Shown piece after piece: positions 44,272 through 61,215 of a stretch of DNA of 64,000 nt (its first letter is position 1; the number at the start of each line of letters is the position of its first letter). A program made the translations under genes and the position numbers. Source of the stretch: the human T2T-CHM13v2.0 reference genome, Homo sapiens; assembly GCF_009914755.1 (NCBI RefSeq), contig NC_060940.1, one strand, 5' to 3'. The notes beneath the pieces are model-generated. The model was not told the origin of the DNA, did no database searches, and worked only from the letters and a program-made list of their open reading frames with translations.

Positions 44272-45471
44272 GAAAGAGTAGGAGGGAGAGGGAGAAGGAG
44301 AGAGAGAGGGGGAGAGGGAGAAGGGGAGATGGAGAAAGAGAGTGAGGGAGAAAGAGTGAGAGTGAGAGGGAGAGGGACAGGAAGAGAGGGAGTGGGGAGA
44401 GGGAGAGAGGGAGAAGGACAGAGAAGGTGAGAGGGAGAGCGACAGGGAGAAAAGGAGAGGGGGAGAGGGAGACAGGGAGAGAGGGAAAAGTGGAGAGGAA
44501 GAGAGGGAGATGGGGAGAAGGAGACAGGGAGAGGGGGAGAGGGAGGGGGGAGAGGCAAAGTGGGAGAAGGAGGGAGAAGGTGAGAGGGAGAAGGAGAGGG
44601 AGAAAGACAGGGAGAGGGAGAGGGACAGGGAGAGAGGGAGAAGGAGAGAGGGAGAAGGGGAGAGGGAGAAGGAAAGGGGGAGAGGGAAAGAGGGAGAAGG
44701 AGAGAGGGAGAAGGAGAGGGAGAAGGAGAAGGGGAGAGAGAAGGAGAGAGAGAGAGAGGGAGAAGGGGAGGGAGAGGGAGAGGGACAGGGAGAGGGGGAG
44801 AGGGGGAGAGGGGGAGGGGGACAGGGAAAGAGAAAGAAGGAGGGAGAAGGCGAGGGGAGAAGGAGAGGGAGTGGGACCGGGAGAGAAGGAGAGGGGGAGA
44901 GGGAGAGGGAGAGGGACAGGGAGAGAGGGAGAGAGGGAGAGGGAGAAGGAGGGAGAAGGAGAGAGGAAGAGGGACAGGGAAAGAGGGAGAAGGGGAGAGG
45001 TAAAAGGAAATGGAGAGGGAGAGGGGAGAAGGAGAGGGAGAGGGACGGGGAGATGGGGAGAGAGAAGGAGAGGAGAAGGAGAGGGAGAGGAGTAGAGGGG
45101 AAGAGAGAAGGAGAAGAGAAGAAGGAGAGGGAGAGGGACAGTGAGAGAGGGAGAGGGGGAGAGAGAAGGAGAGGAGGATAAGGAGAGGGAGAGGGGGAGA
45201 GACAAAGAGGGGAAGAAGGAGAGGGAAGGGAGAGAGAGAAGGGCAGAGGGAGAGAGGGAAAAGGAGAGGGAGAGGGAGAGAGGGAGAGGTAGAGAGAGAC
45301 AGAGAGGGGAGGGGGAGAAGGAAAGGGAGAGGGACAGGGAGAGAAGGAGAAGGGGAGAGCAGGAGAGACAGAAGAAAACAGGCAGAGAGGGAGGAGGAGA
45401 GGGAGAGGGACAGGGAGAGAAGGAGAGAAAGGAAGAGAGGGAGAGGGGGAGACGGAGAGAAGGAGACAGAG
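44272..45471 (+). repeat. 1.2-kb GA-rich polypurine low-complexity repeat (GGGAGA-based)
   Basis: Almost only G/A on + strand; recurring GGGAGA, GAAGGAGAGG and GGGACAGGGAGA units. Confidence 0.97.
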
Positions 45472-45922
45472 TGTGCATGCCCATATTTTTTTCTGAGTTT
45501 GTTTATTTCCCATGAACGCTCCCCCAAATCCCTTGGGACTAGCAGTTGTAAACACACCATTGAGAACATTGCATTCCTTTCTTTTCTTCTAGATACTTTT
45601 CCTCCATTAACCTTGTCTTTTTCCTTCCTGTAGATTTTTGCAGCACATTTTGTCTCTGCCTCCCTTATGGATTGTTTATCCTGGGTGATGATCTGTGGGC
45701 ACATCTCATTCCCTAGGTGCACACAGCTCTTCGAAAGCAAGTATTCTGTGGTATTTAACCCAGCCTGTTTTCTTACATGGAGAAAGGACTGCATAAACAT
45801 CCCAATGGGTTGAATGTGTTTATAACCCAGTATGAATCAACTCGCCACATGCCCACTGAAAGGATCCACAAGATGGTCGCAGTGCAGTAAAAGGCAGTGA
45901 TAACTCTCTAACTGGGAAGATC

Positions 45923-46274
45923 ACAGCCGTAAAAAGAATGAGATCATGTCCTTTGCAGGGACATGGATGGAGCTGGAGTCCATTGTCCTTAGCAAACTAA
46001 CACAGGAACTGAAAACCAAATATTGCATGTTCTCGCTTGTAAGAGAGAGTTAAATGATAAGAACACATGGGCACATGGAGGGGAATAACGCACACCGGGG
46101 CCTTTTGGAGGGTGGGGAGTTGGAAGAGGGAGAGCATCATGAAAAATAACTAATGGGTACTGGGCTTAATACCTGGGTGCTGAAATAATCTGAACAACAA
46201 CCCCCCATGACACAAGTTTACCTATGGAACAAACCTGCACATATACCCCTGAACGTAAAATAAAAGTTTAAAAA
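45923..46274 (+). mobile_element. L1 3' end fragment (L1PA11-15-like)
   Basis: AAAAAGAATGAGATCATGTCCTTTGCAGGGACATGGATGGAGCTGG...ACCCCTGAAC...AAAATAAAAGTT. Confidence 0.9.
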
Positions 46275-47713
46275 CCCCATACAGATTTTAACCATCTAGT
46301 AGACAGAGATGATTTCTTTTATTAGGCTGTATTCCCTCTGGGTCCTCACAGAGAAACAGGCATGAGACCATCACGATGGCTGAAAGAACAGATTCTAGTT
46401 AATAGTTTTGCCTTTTGCCAACACCATTAGCTCCCCCTCTTAATCCGAACTGCTGTATCGCTGAAGAGAGTGACCCTCTGTATTTGGCTTGATTTTGTTG
46501 TCTTGAGTAGCCTCTGCTAGAAATATCCACAAGCCACAGCTTCAGCCTTCGAGTGAGCAAAAGCAAAGTATCCAACAAACTCAAATGGTAACTCAATCCT
46601 GAAATGCTGTAACTTTGATTTGTATTTTCCTTCTTTCTTTATTTTTTATTTTTTCGCTTAGACAGATATCCCCTTCTAGCTGTGCTCTCTGATCCCACTT
46701 TTGTTTGTCTCTTTATTTCCTCTGCCTACTCTGCCTGAAAACTAAAAAGCAAATTCTTTTATTTCTCACGTATATGCCTCCGAATGATTTATTTTTTAAA
46801 ATGCAGCTTCACTTGAATGTTGACTTTTTGAAAACTTTCCCTATTTCACTTTTTTTTTTTCCATTCTCCCTTGGAAGCTCTTCTTTGATAATCAGGCTGG
46901 TCTTCTGTTCTTTCTACTTTTCTTCTGATCGTTCACCTTTTGCCCACTTAAACTGAAGCCCTTTGGTGTATGCTTGGAATTTCGGCAGTTCAAGTTCAAA
47001 AGAAAGCCCTCTTCAGGTAACCTGTTCTGACATACCCGCATCTTAACACAAAGCTTTGCTAGATTAATGGGTTGGCTAAAAACGTCTCTTTGCTTCAGTC
47101 ATAGTCACCTCTGTGTATGAGGGTAGCCTCGTGTCTATTCATTTAGGGGATTCTTTTTTTTTTTTTTTTTTTTGTAGAATTCGTCTGAATCTAGAAGCAA
47201 ATGTTATTTTATTGAATGTCCCACTTTCAGAGATATATTTGAGAACAAAAATGTTGCCAAAAATGTCTGAATACTACCGTATTTCCTTTATTGGAGCATG
47301 CATGTGTTTTCTGTATTTTAACTTTTCTGAAAAGAGGGAAGCTGAAAAAAAGGGGAGGATGTCTCCTACAGTCTCAGTGATCTCTCAGAATTGAGAAAAC
47401 GTGATAATCAAACATTTCAGTATTATCGGGACCTTCCTGGGACTGAGCACATGTGTTGAGGGGAGTACCAGGGAAATAAGGAGCATGGTGAGGAGTTAAT
47501 TTGCAGTTTGATTCCCCCTGCTCCTTTGCATCCAGAAGAAGACTGTGCGCCTCCTGTCCCAGGCCCCTGGGTGTACCCACATCGTGGTGCATCACTTTGC
47601 ATGTTGACGGGCTGAGTAACCTGCTTGTCTCTTGGGACCACTTCATTTCTCACTGTGCTTCAGTATCGCACAGACACCTGACACCTAGTAGGCCCTCACA
47701 AATATGTTGCATA

Positions 47714-48015
47714 GGCTGGGCACAGTGGCTCGTGCCTGTAATCCCAGCACTTTGGGAGGCTAAGGCGGGTGGATCACTTGAGACCAAGGGTTTGAGACCA
47801 GCCGGGCGAACATGGCAAAACTCTGTATCTAGTAAAACTACAAACATTAGCCTGGTATGGTGGCGCATGATTGTTAATCCGAGCTACTCAGGAAGCTGAG
47901 GCATGAGAATCACTTAAACCGGGGAGGTGGAGGTTGTAGTGAGCTGGGATCGTGCCACTGCATTATAGCCTGGAAGGCAGAGTGAGATTCTGTCTCAAAA
48001 ATAATAAAATAAAAA
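47714..48015 (+). mobile_element. Alu (AluS/J)
   Basis: Alu dimer; TSD-like GTTGCAT flanks. Confidence 0.94.
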
Positions 48016-48226
48016 CGTTGCATGAATGAAAAGTTGTGTAATCAGTTCTGAAAGAAATTTTAAAAGGAATGTGTCCTTCCCTTCGGTGCTGTTAGAATGA
48101 GTCCCATACACATTATTTTTAACCAGATCATTTGTTGAGCCCACGTGCATTTTCAGTAGAATAATATTAAAAATGCCTGCCCATTCTCCTTGAGTATGCC
48201 AGGTGAATTCTAGAGTCATTCATTGA

Positions 48227-48585
<359 letters not shown>

Positions 48586-49155
48586 TTAGTAAAGTCTTTC
48601 TCTTTTTTTTAATAAGAGGAAAGCCCAGCTTTTGCTTCACCTAGTTCACAACACGCAGGATATCATTGTTCTACATGGAAAATTTGTGTCCGTGGAATTA
48701 AATAATATAATCCCTGGGAACTTCCACTGGTTCCCGGTCTCCTTCTTCAGATATTTTATCTGCTAAATCCGAAGTCGGAATCTCAGTTAAGCTTATTAGT
48801 TAAGTCCCAAATGGAGCCAATTGAAGCCAGAAAAAAAAAAAAGGAGAAAAAGTCCTAATTATAGTTTTTCTTCTTAAGTGCTGCATGCAAGTATGAATAG
48901 GGTATTAACTGTGGTTTTCAACATAAAAGCGTCATAGTCAGTAGCACATATGTCAAAATGTAGGCATATTAGAGGCTGTTAGGTGACTCAGGGGCCACAT
49001 CTGTGGAACAGGTACATATTTATCTTGAGATACCGAGTCATTAAGAGGGGCAATAAAAAATCAAGTGTAAATTGAGAGCAAAGGTCACAATCTGTGGTTG
49101 GTGATTTTTTATATGTCTAGCACCAGCCCTTGCTACTTTTTCTTTAGAAAATGAG

Positions 49156-49399
49156 GGCCGAGTGCAGTGGCTCACACCTGTAATCCCAGCAGTTTGGGAG
49201 GCTGAGGTGGGAGGATCACTTGAGCCCAGGAGCTCAAGACCAGCCGGGGCAACACTGGGAGACTGCATCACTGCAAAAATACGCACACAAAAAAGTAATA
49301 GTTATCCTGTGGTCACCAGGGCCCAGCTACTCTGGAGGTCCAGGAGGTCGAGGCTGCAGTGAACCATGGTTGTGCCACGACACTCCAGCCTGGGCAGCA
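49156..49399 (+). mobile_element. Alu (AluJ-like), internally deleted
   Basis: Left arm intact, right arm shortened, no A tail. Confidence 0.88.
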
Positions 49400-49527
49400 T
49401 AACTGAGTTGGGAGGGAAAAAAGTAGAAAATATGTCTCGGTCAAGTCTGAGCTTCATTTTCTATTGATCCAGTCGTGGTCTTTTCCAAGGAAATTATTGT
49501 ATGGAGTGAACTCGGGCAATTCACTTA

Positions 49528-49867
<340 letters not shown>

Positions 49868-49957
49868 GAGAATAAACTAATTCTCGTATCGATTGTGATA
49901 ATACATGAAAAGCTCTTAGCACAAATGTAACATAAGTATTCAGTAAATAGGTGTCCG

Positions 49958-50240
49958 TGTGTGTGTATCATCCATCATCTACTATTTATCTTTCTGTCTT
50001 CATCTGTCATCTGTCTGTTTCTATATGAATATATAAATGTATTTATCTATATTTTTCTATATGTACATATATAAGGGTATTTATCATTTATCTGTATATC
50101 ATCTATCTCGATATAGGTATCTATATGTGTGTGTATATATATACATCTCTGTGTGTCTGTGGGTGTGTGTATATGTATATATACATTCATCTATCCATTT
50201 ATCCTCTATTTCTCCATACAAACACACACACATAACATAC
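49958..50240. repeat. TATC/TG/TA low-complexity region
   Basis: Directly visible degenerate microsatellites. Confidence 0.75.
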
Positions 50241-50789
50241 ATTTACTTTCTTGAATTGCTAAATTGACTAATGCAGATACATGTTCATTTTTGTCCCATA
50301 GATACTAGGCCCACCCCTTTATTCTTTAAGACTCCTTTAACACAACCTGTTGGATTTAGAAGACTCCACTGACACTGGAGGGATTGAAACAAGAGAAAAG
50401 GAGGAATTATACTTGGTAATAGCTTTCATTTCTCCTAGATTCCCTCCGTCCTGTAGACTATATTGAGTTATAAGTCTTTGATAATTTGTAATTTGTATCA
50501 TTAATATCTCTCAGTCAGTGAGATCTTTTGATTAACCAAAACACAGTGAAATTTCTGAAAAGCCTGTTTTATTGTAGCCATAAACTATGTTTACAGAGCT
50601 GTTTCTTCTAAGAGCTTCAAAATGGTTTGTGGTGTGTGTTTACTGTAGATGTTTTTTTCATTAAAAAGTAAGATAATGCTATGATTAACCGCCCCCCACC
50701 CAAGTGGAAAATAATGAAGAAAACAAAAGCATTCATCACAGTACAATCAGCATTAAATTTGTGGTGCCTTTCTTCCACCCTCAGATGTA

Positions 50790-51350
50790 TTTTTTAATTT
50801 ATGTGCCTATGATCGTAATGAACATTTAACTTTTTTAAAATAAACATTGTCCTATATGAACCAAGTAATCTAGTCTCTATAATCATAACTTAACCTTAAC
50901 TTGTAATGGCTATCAAATACTTCACTCTGTGTGTGTGTGTGTATGTGTGTGTGTGTGTGTAGCTATATAACATTTAATTGTCATTATATTAGGTGAAATT
51001 AAATTTTACTCTTTTTATTCTAAATAATGCCCCAACGGGTAACTTTTTCCATATTTAAAATTATCTCTTTAGGCCATATTTCCAGAAGTGTAATCATAGG
51101 ATTAGGGAAATGGAAATATCTTGCACAGTACTTTACATGTATTTCCAACTTACTTTTCAAAAGGGTCATAGCAATGTATATAACTACTAGCAATGCATAT
51201 AAATGCTAGTTTCTCTACATCCTCACCAGCCTTGGGTTTTATAATTACTTTACATTTTCCTAATAGAAACTGTATCACTGCTGTTTAATTTGAATTTCAT
51301 TACTAGTGAGGTTGATTGTTTTTATATGCTTAATCTCTGGGTTCATCTTC
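50790..51350 (-). mobile_element. Old L1ME-like fragment containing (TG)n at ~50928-50960
   Basis: TATTTCCAGAAGTG...TTCTCTACATCCTCACCAGC...TTACTAGTGAGGTTGA. Confidence 0.6.
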
Positions 51351-51552
51351 CTAATAGAGGCCTGCCTTGTGTTTTAACAATTCAGCTGCCCAGATAACAC
51401 TTAGAGAGCCATGAGTAAAAGCACTCTGTTAAGCAAAACAAAAGCCACATATTTCCAAAGACTGTATTGTATAATTTCAATATGAGTCAGTATTCCAATG
51501 TGTCATCCAAACATTTCCTATCATTTGTTAATATGATCTTAAGCTAAATTAA

Positions 51553-51903
51553 TGTATTAGTCCATTCTCATACTGCTAATAAAGACATACCTGACAATGG
51601 GTAATTTATGAAGGAAAGAGGTTTCACTGACTCACAGTTCCACGTGGCTGGGACACCTCACAGTCATGGCAGAAGGTGAAGGAGGAGCAAAGTCACGTCT
51701 TATGTGGTGGCCGGCAAAGAAAGCTTGTGCAGAGGAACTCCCATGTATAAAAACCATCAGATCTTGTGAAACTTAGTAACTACCACAAGAACAGTATGGG
51801 GGAAACTGCCCCCATGATTCAGTTTTCTCCATTTTGTACCATGCTTGACCCAAGGGAATTATTCAAGATGAAATTTGGGTGGGGACACAGCCAAACCGTA
51901 TCA
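51553..51903 (-). mobile_element. THE1 (THE1C-like) solo LTR
   Basis: TGTATTAGTCCATTCTCATACTGCTAATAAAGACATACC...GGGGACACAGCCAAACCGTATCA; TSD-like ATTAA/ATCAA. Confidence 0.92.
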
Positions 51904-52519
51904 ATCAATATATGAGAATTGATTTATTTACTTTATTCCCTATAATAAGGGAAGCAGTGGTCCTTCTTCATGTTTCCTCATGTCACTTTTTAATGAGCAA
52001 GTCATGCACAAGACACCACATTTAAGAAGTATGGAAGGGCACACAGTGAAAGATGAGTGACTGAAGACATGTTTATTTCCAGCATGATGTCTTTCCAAAC
52101 AACTAGCCAAATATGTAGTCCAATGGAAATGAATGTTTTAGACTAGAGAGATATTTCTTTTATAAAATACAATGTTATGAAATAACTCTCGTGGGTCTTT
52201 GGTATTCAGGTGTGGCAAATACTGTTAATATGTAAATCAAAATTATTTCTGACCTTCTTCTATACCTTGCTGTCTTCCGCTCTAGAGGCTGAAAGACTAA
52301 TTTAAAAAATTTCATGCAAGCTTGAAACTTTCTGGAGACAAAAACATAACAAAAAGGGTTAGACAAGAGTGATGTACGTTTTCCCTTCCCTCCTTCTGCT
52401 TGCCTGGAGCATAGAAGTGATAACTGGAGCTGTGACAATTGCATCATGACCATGAGGAGAATGTCAGGAGGATTGCAGATACATCAGCTCTGACATAGCA
52501 ACCATCGGCTTCTAGATGA

Positions 52520-54469
<1,950 letters not shown>

Positions 54470-54701
54470 ATGCTCGATTCATTATGTGAGAACAAAAAAG
54501 CCCTATTTTTAAAGTCACTGCAGTTGGTGTTGCTTGTACCCTAAAAAAAGTGAACTGATTCACCTGCTAGGTCTGCGTATTTCTGCTTCATATGTACCAC
54601 CTACTCTAGAAAGAGATGAGATTATCAATCTAATTGAATGTGTGTGAAGATGACAGAAGCAACAATCAGATGGTCAAAAGCAGATTAAGAATCACTTACT
54701 T

Positions 54702-55003
<302 letters not shown>

Positions 55004-55931
55004 ATCACTCACTCCGGGAATTTGGGGCTGTCCCCAGTCCTGTGTAGGCTCCTTTCCTTCTGGGAAGTGATGGACTACAAGAGAGGTAGAGAACAGTGGA
55101 AGAGTTTGAAGGTGATCTTTAACAATGGAAGGAATAACAGCTACAATCCCAATACGTGCTAACTGAACTGCTAACTGAAGTAGGAGAGTTATATATATAT
55201 ATAAAATAGTGCCCCTGTTCTGAAAGCTTGGTATCAAAAGCTGCAGGGTTTGATGTTTAGCAGGAAAGCATTGCTATAACTTGCGTATCTTCTAAAAAAT
55301 GTGCCCACATCCTCCCGGTTTGCCTTGGGAACAGAGAGAACTTGGTTATGAAGCCCCTTTCTCCAAGGATTAATTGAATCAAGATCAACCCTATCTGGAA
55401 TGTACATTTAATACTCGGGAATGATGTCAGTAATATATGTAAGAGATTTTTATATTAGATAACTGCTCATTAAAAGTCAATCCTTTCCCCCAGGGTTTTA
55501 AAATAGAAAGTATTCACCTTTTGCAAATGAGGATAGTGAAATTTACTTTAACTTCTGCCACAATGAAAACTGGAAGAAAGGGAATTGCTCACAATACAAT
55601 ATAACTCCACCAAATTTGCATAATTTAGGCATAAAATGTAATACCCTGCTCACACTCTTTTGTCTTGAATGAAATTGGTTTTCAAGTAATGTGGGGAATC
55701 ATAACCAGCTTTAACAAAATGGATCATGTCAGAAAGCAAAAGTTCCTACTAGCCTAGGAGACATGACTGAAGTGTGAATGCAGTGTGCAACATCTTTACA
55801 AAAGTTGTTCTTGTGATTTAATGCAAAAGCCTTTGTAGACTTTACAGAAACACTGAAGCCGTGCTTTTTGATAGTTAATGGGGGAATTAACCATTTGAAA
55901 CCTTAAGACAATCTTTTTCTAGGATTCTTAA

Positions 55932-56397
<466 letters not shown>

Positions 56398-56715
56398 CTA
56401 TGTCTTTCCTGTGGCACAGGTAGTGAAACTGAGGTCAGGAAAAGGAGTGCATTGCCCATGACCACTCATTGAAGCGGTGTTCAAGTTTTCAAGGCACAGA
56501 CTTTCTGAAGCATATTGTATGAATTGGTTTTTGATATATTATGGATAGTGATATAGTAAAGGTATGAAAGTCAAAAGAATTACTCATTGAAAGCATTGGC
56601 CTCCAAGAGCATTTTCTCCCCAAACCTCTTAAGGGGTTTATATGAAGTTTAAATGTTGATGTTTTCCATTATCTTGCTGGCTGTAGGCTTTGACCCTCAC
56701 TTTCTTTCATCTTTA

Positions 56716-57328
<613 letters not shown>

Positions 57329-57826
57329 TGTTTTCTCTTGTGACCATTCTCCAATGTTCTGTGTTTGTTAGGTGTGACAATGGGTCCATCTAGAGCAAAA
57401 ACAAACAACAGTAGCAAACCTTGATTTCTCAGGGTTTTTTTTGCATTTGGGAGTGGCCGTGGAGCCAGTGATACAGAAGTGGAAGTCTCCAGGGTAGGGA
57501 CAGAAGTGAGCTTGTACACACCTTCCAGCCACACGCCCTTCTCCTTTCAGGCTTCCTCTTGCCTGGAAGAAGTATGCTGGTCAGAAAGTAGGGCAGCCAT
57601 CTATGACCATGAGTCCAGAAGCCACACTGGACAATGGAACAGGAATATTGGAGCATAATGAGTTCCTCAAGAATAGCTGAAGTAGCTCTATAGGGCCAAC
57701 CTCCAAACTTGTGTTTTGCGATAAAAAATGAATATGTGGTTACTAACTATAGAAATCCTTAACTGAATTATTTCTCTCAGGTACACACAAATCTTTTGGA
57801 CTTCTTATTTTAACAAAAGGAGAGGT

Positions 57827-58903
<1,077 letters not shown>

Positions 58904-60197
58904 AACAAAAGTAGAGGTGAAGGAAAAAAGTTCTTGGCGTTTATATTAAATGATGCACAAATCCCCTGCTGTGCCCCACAATTGTTGGAGGACAGTGGGT
59001 GGATGAGACACACAGAATAGACTCTTCCTTGGCCCATCTTATTGAGAGACCATGTTGTGCAGCAGTGTCATCCTCTGAGACGTAGTTAAGATAAATGACA
59101 TCTCCTTACCTTTTACCCCCCGAGACTATAATGTCATTCTGTAGTCTGAAAGGTCATTTGTAAAGCTCACAGGATTGCTTTAGCTGTTAAAATAGAGAGC
59201 AAAACTCAAAAGCAAACCTCTTTCTCCAAGGAAAATACTATACTTTGAACAGTCTCATCGTTCTCCTGTGATTCTAAACCAGTTCCTCTGCACGCAGTGC
59301 AGAAACTAGATCTCTCCTGCCACTAGGCTCACAAGGACTCTTGTGGATCTCGTTTTCCCCCTATCTTTTGTCTTACAGTTTCCACCCTCCCTTTTGTTCT
59401 GTGTGTTTGAATCAAGAACCGGCAAAGCCCACACTGATGTTTGTGAGCATTAAGTGACGCAAACACAATAAAGGATTTTGCTTTTTTGAGCCGCTCATAA
59501 AAAGAGATAAATTGCTTTAGCTTTTTATGCATGTAGAAAAATAGAGTATGAGCTAATAGTACTGACTGAAGAGGAACCAGGAAGAAATTTAGTATGCATA
59601 TAAATTTAATGCAAAATAAAAAGCCAAATGTAAATATTGGTTTCCTTCCAGATTTTCAAGGCTTAAAAAAAAAAAAAATAAGATTTTCTTTGCTTGTTAT
59701 ATTTCTGCTGATGGAAAACATCCTTTCCACTGTTGGAAAATGAATAGTTATAAATATAGAATACATATATCTTAGACTCGGTGGTCTTTAAAATTAAGAG
59801 TTTGGACTTTTCTTTTGATAGAATGTGGCATGTAGCATATCGCATGTCTTAGAATATTATTTGTCCTCGCGAAAGTGATCCTCATCCCTTATTTTAAAGG
59901 AAAAGAAAAGGTATGATTCTCCTTTTGTGCATTCAGTACACAAAAAATTGCCTGTTATCTAGGGTGTACTTGACTATGGATCTCCTTTTAAGTCAAGACT
60001 ACACTTACATGATGGAAATAATAATGGAAAATTGTAGATAATAATAAATATATTTTTACTCCATCTTCTTCTTAAAAGACTTTATCGCAGAGAGCAAATA
60101 GCTTTTCCCTTTGCAAAAACAAGATGCTAGAAGCATAGAAGAGATGAAGTTAAGCAATTAGTGATTGGAATGAGTTGATCTTTTAATTTTTTTAAAT

Positions 60198-60437
60198 AAC
60201 AATAATCACCAATCTCGATTGGACACTTACTATATGCTTGGTAATTCATGTGTATTAACTCAGTTAATAATTATAACAATGTTGTTATAATTATAAGGAA
60301 AAAATATTTATTATCTCCGTTTCACACATGAGAGAATTGGGGCTTTAACTAATATGCCTCTGATCACGCTATTATTCTGTGGAGTGCTCAGAATGGAAGG
60401 TCAGACCACCGCGTTCTAAAACTTTTGCTTTTAACCT
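60198..60437 (-). mobile_element. MIR
   Basis: ACACTTACTATATGC...TATTAACTCAGTTAAT...TTATCTCCGTTTCACACATGAG. Confidence 0.7.
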
Positions 60438-60442
60438 GGTAG

Positions 60443-60560
60443 TGTATTAGTCAGTGTCTGCTGCATCAAACCGCCCCAAAGCCTAGAGGCTTAAAACCAC
60501 CATTTATTCAACTCACAATTCCGTGGGTCAACAGTTTGGACTAGGATCAGCTGGGTGGAG
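60443..60560 (-). mobile_element. MLT1 LTR fragment
   Basis: TGTATTAGTCAG...CCCCAAAGCCTAGAGGCTTAAAAC...CTCACAATTCCGTGGGTCA...TCAGCTGGG. Confidence 0.65.
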
Positions 60561-60819
60561 GAGTGAGCAGAAGTATAAAGAGGTCTGATGAGGGAGTGAG
60601 ATTAGCAGCTTAATTTCTTCACGCATAACAATTCAAGGGGACCTTCATTTGCCTGATTGAGCAAATATCTTATGCGGATAGCTTAAGGAAAGAGCTGCAC
60701 ACCTGGGCTGTGACCTTCTGGGAGATGAAGTCCAAGGACATTTTTAGATATGGATACGCATAGTACAAAGAGATGGAATAGAAATGCTAAAGAAACATAT
60801 ACATAAACTCCTTGGTGTG

Positions 60820-61150
60820 GATGATTCACTCACTGACTGTATCGTGTGCCATCCTTTATGCAGACAGTGTCAAATGTTGGTAGAAAATGAAGTAGATGTA
60901 GCCCTCTGACTTTATAGGGGCTTGCAGTCTGGGAGGAGAAATAGTGAACCAGTAAACTGTTACATCAGTGACCACTTGTGGTACATGTTAGGTATGAAAT
61001 AGACTATCCAGATAGAAACTAATTAAAGAAGGGTCTATTTGGGTAAGTTGGCCAGGAAAGGTTTTTTGGACGAATGATAATTAAGCTGAAATCTGAATGT
61101 TGAGAAGGGTACAGTCAAGGAAAAGGAAGTCGGGGCTGTTTTAGAGATAG
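60820..61150 (-). mobile_element. L2 3' fragment
   Basis: ATTCACTCACTGACTGTATCGTGTGCCA...GCTTGCAGTCTGG...TTAAGCTGAAATCTGAA. Confidence 0.6.
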
Positions 61151-61153
61151 AGG

Positions 61154-61215
61154 GGTGTGTGTGTGTATGTGTTTGTGTGTGTGTGTGTGTGTGTAGGTGT
61201 GTGTGTGTGTGTGTG
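61154..61215. repeat. Interrupted (TG)n microsatellite
   Basis: Directly visible. Confidence 0.95.

Noticed and set aside
44272-45471. SVA element, since (CCCTCT)n-like hexamers appear on the - strand
   Set aside because: No Alu-like domain, VNTR, SINE-R or poly(A) next to the tract.
44207-45800. Long ORFs of 425, 518 and 433 aa (-) and 222/223/124 aa (+)
   Set aside because: Open in several frames only because the GA/CT low-complexity tract rarely encodes stops; no domain or splice structure.
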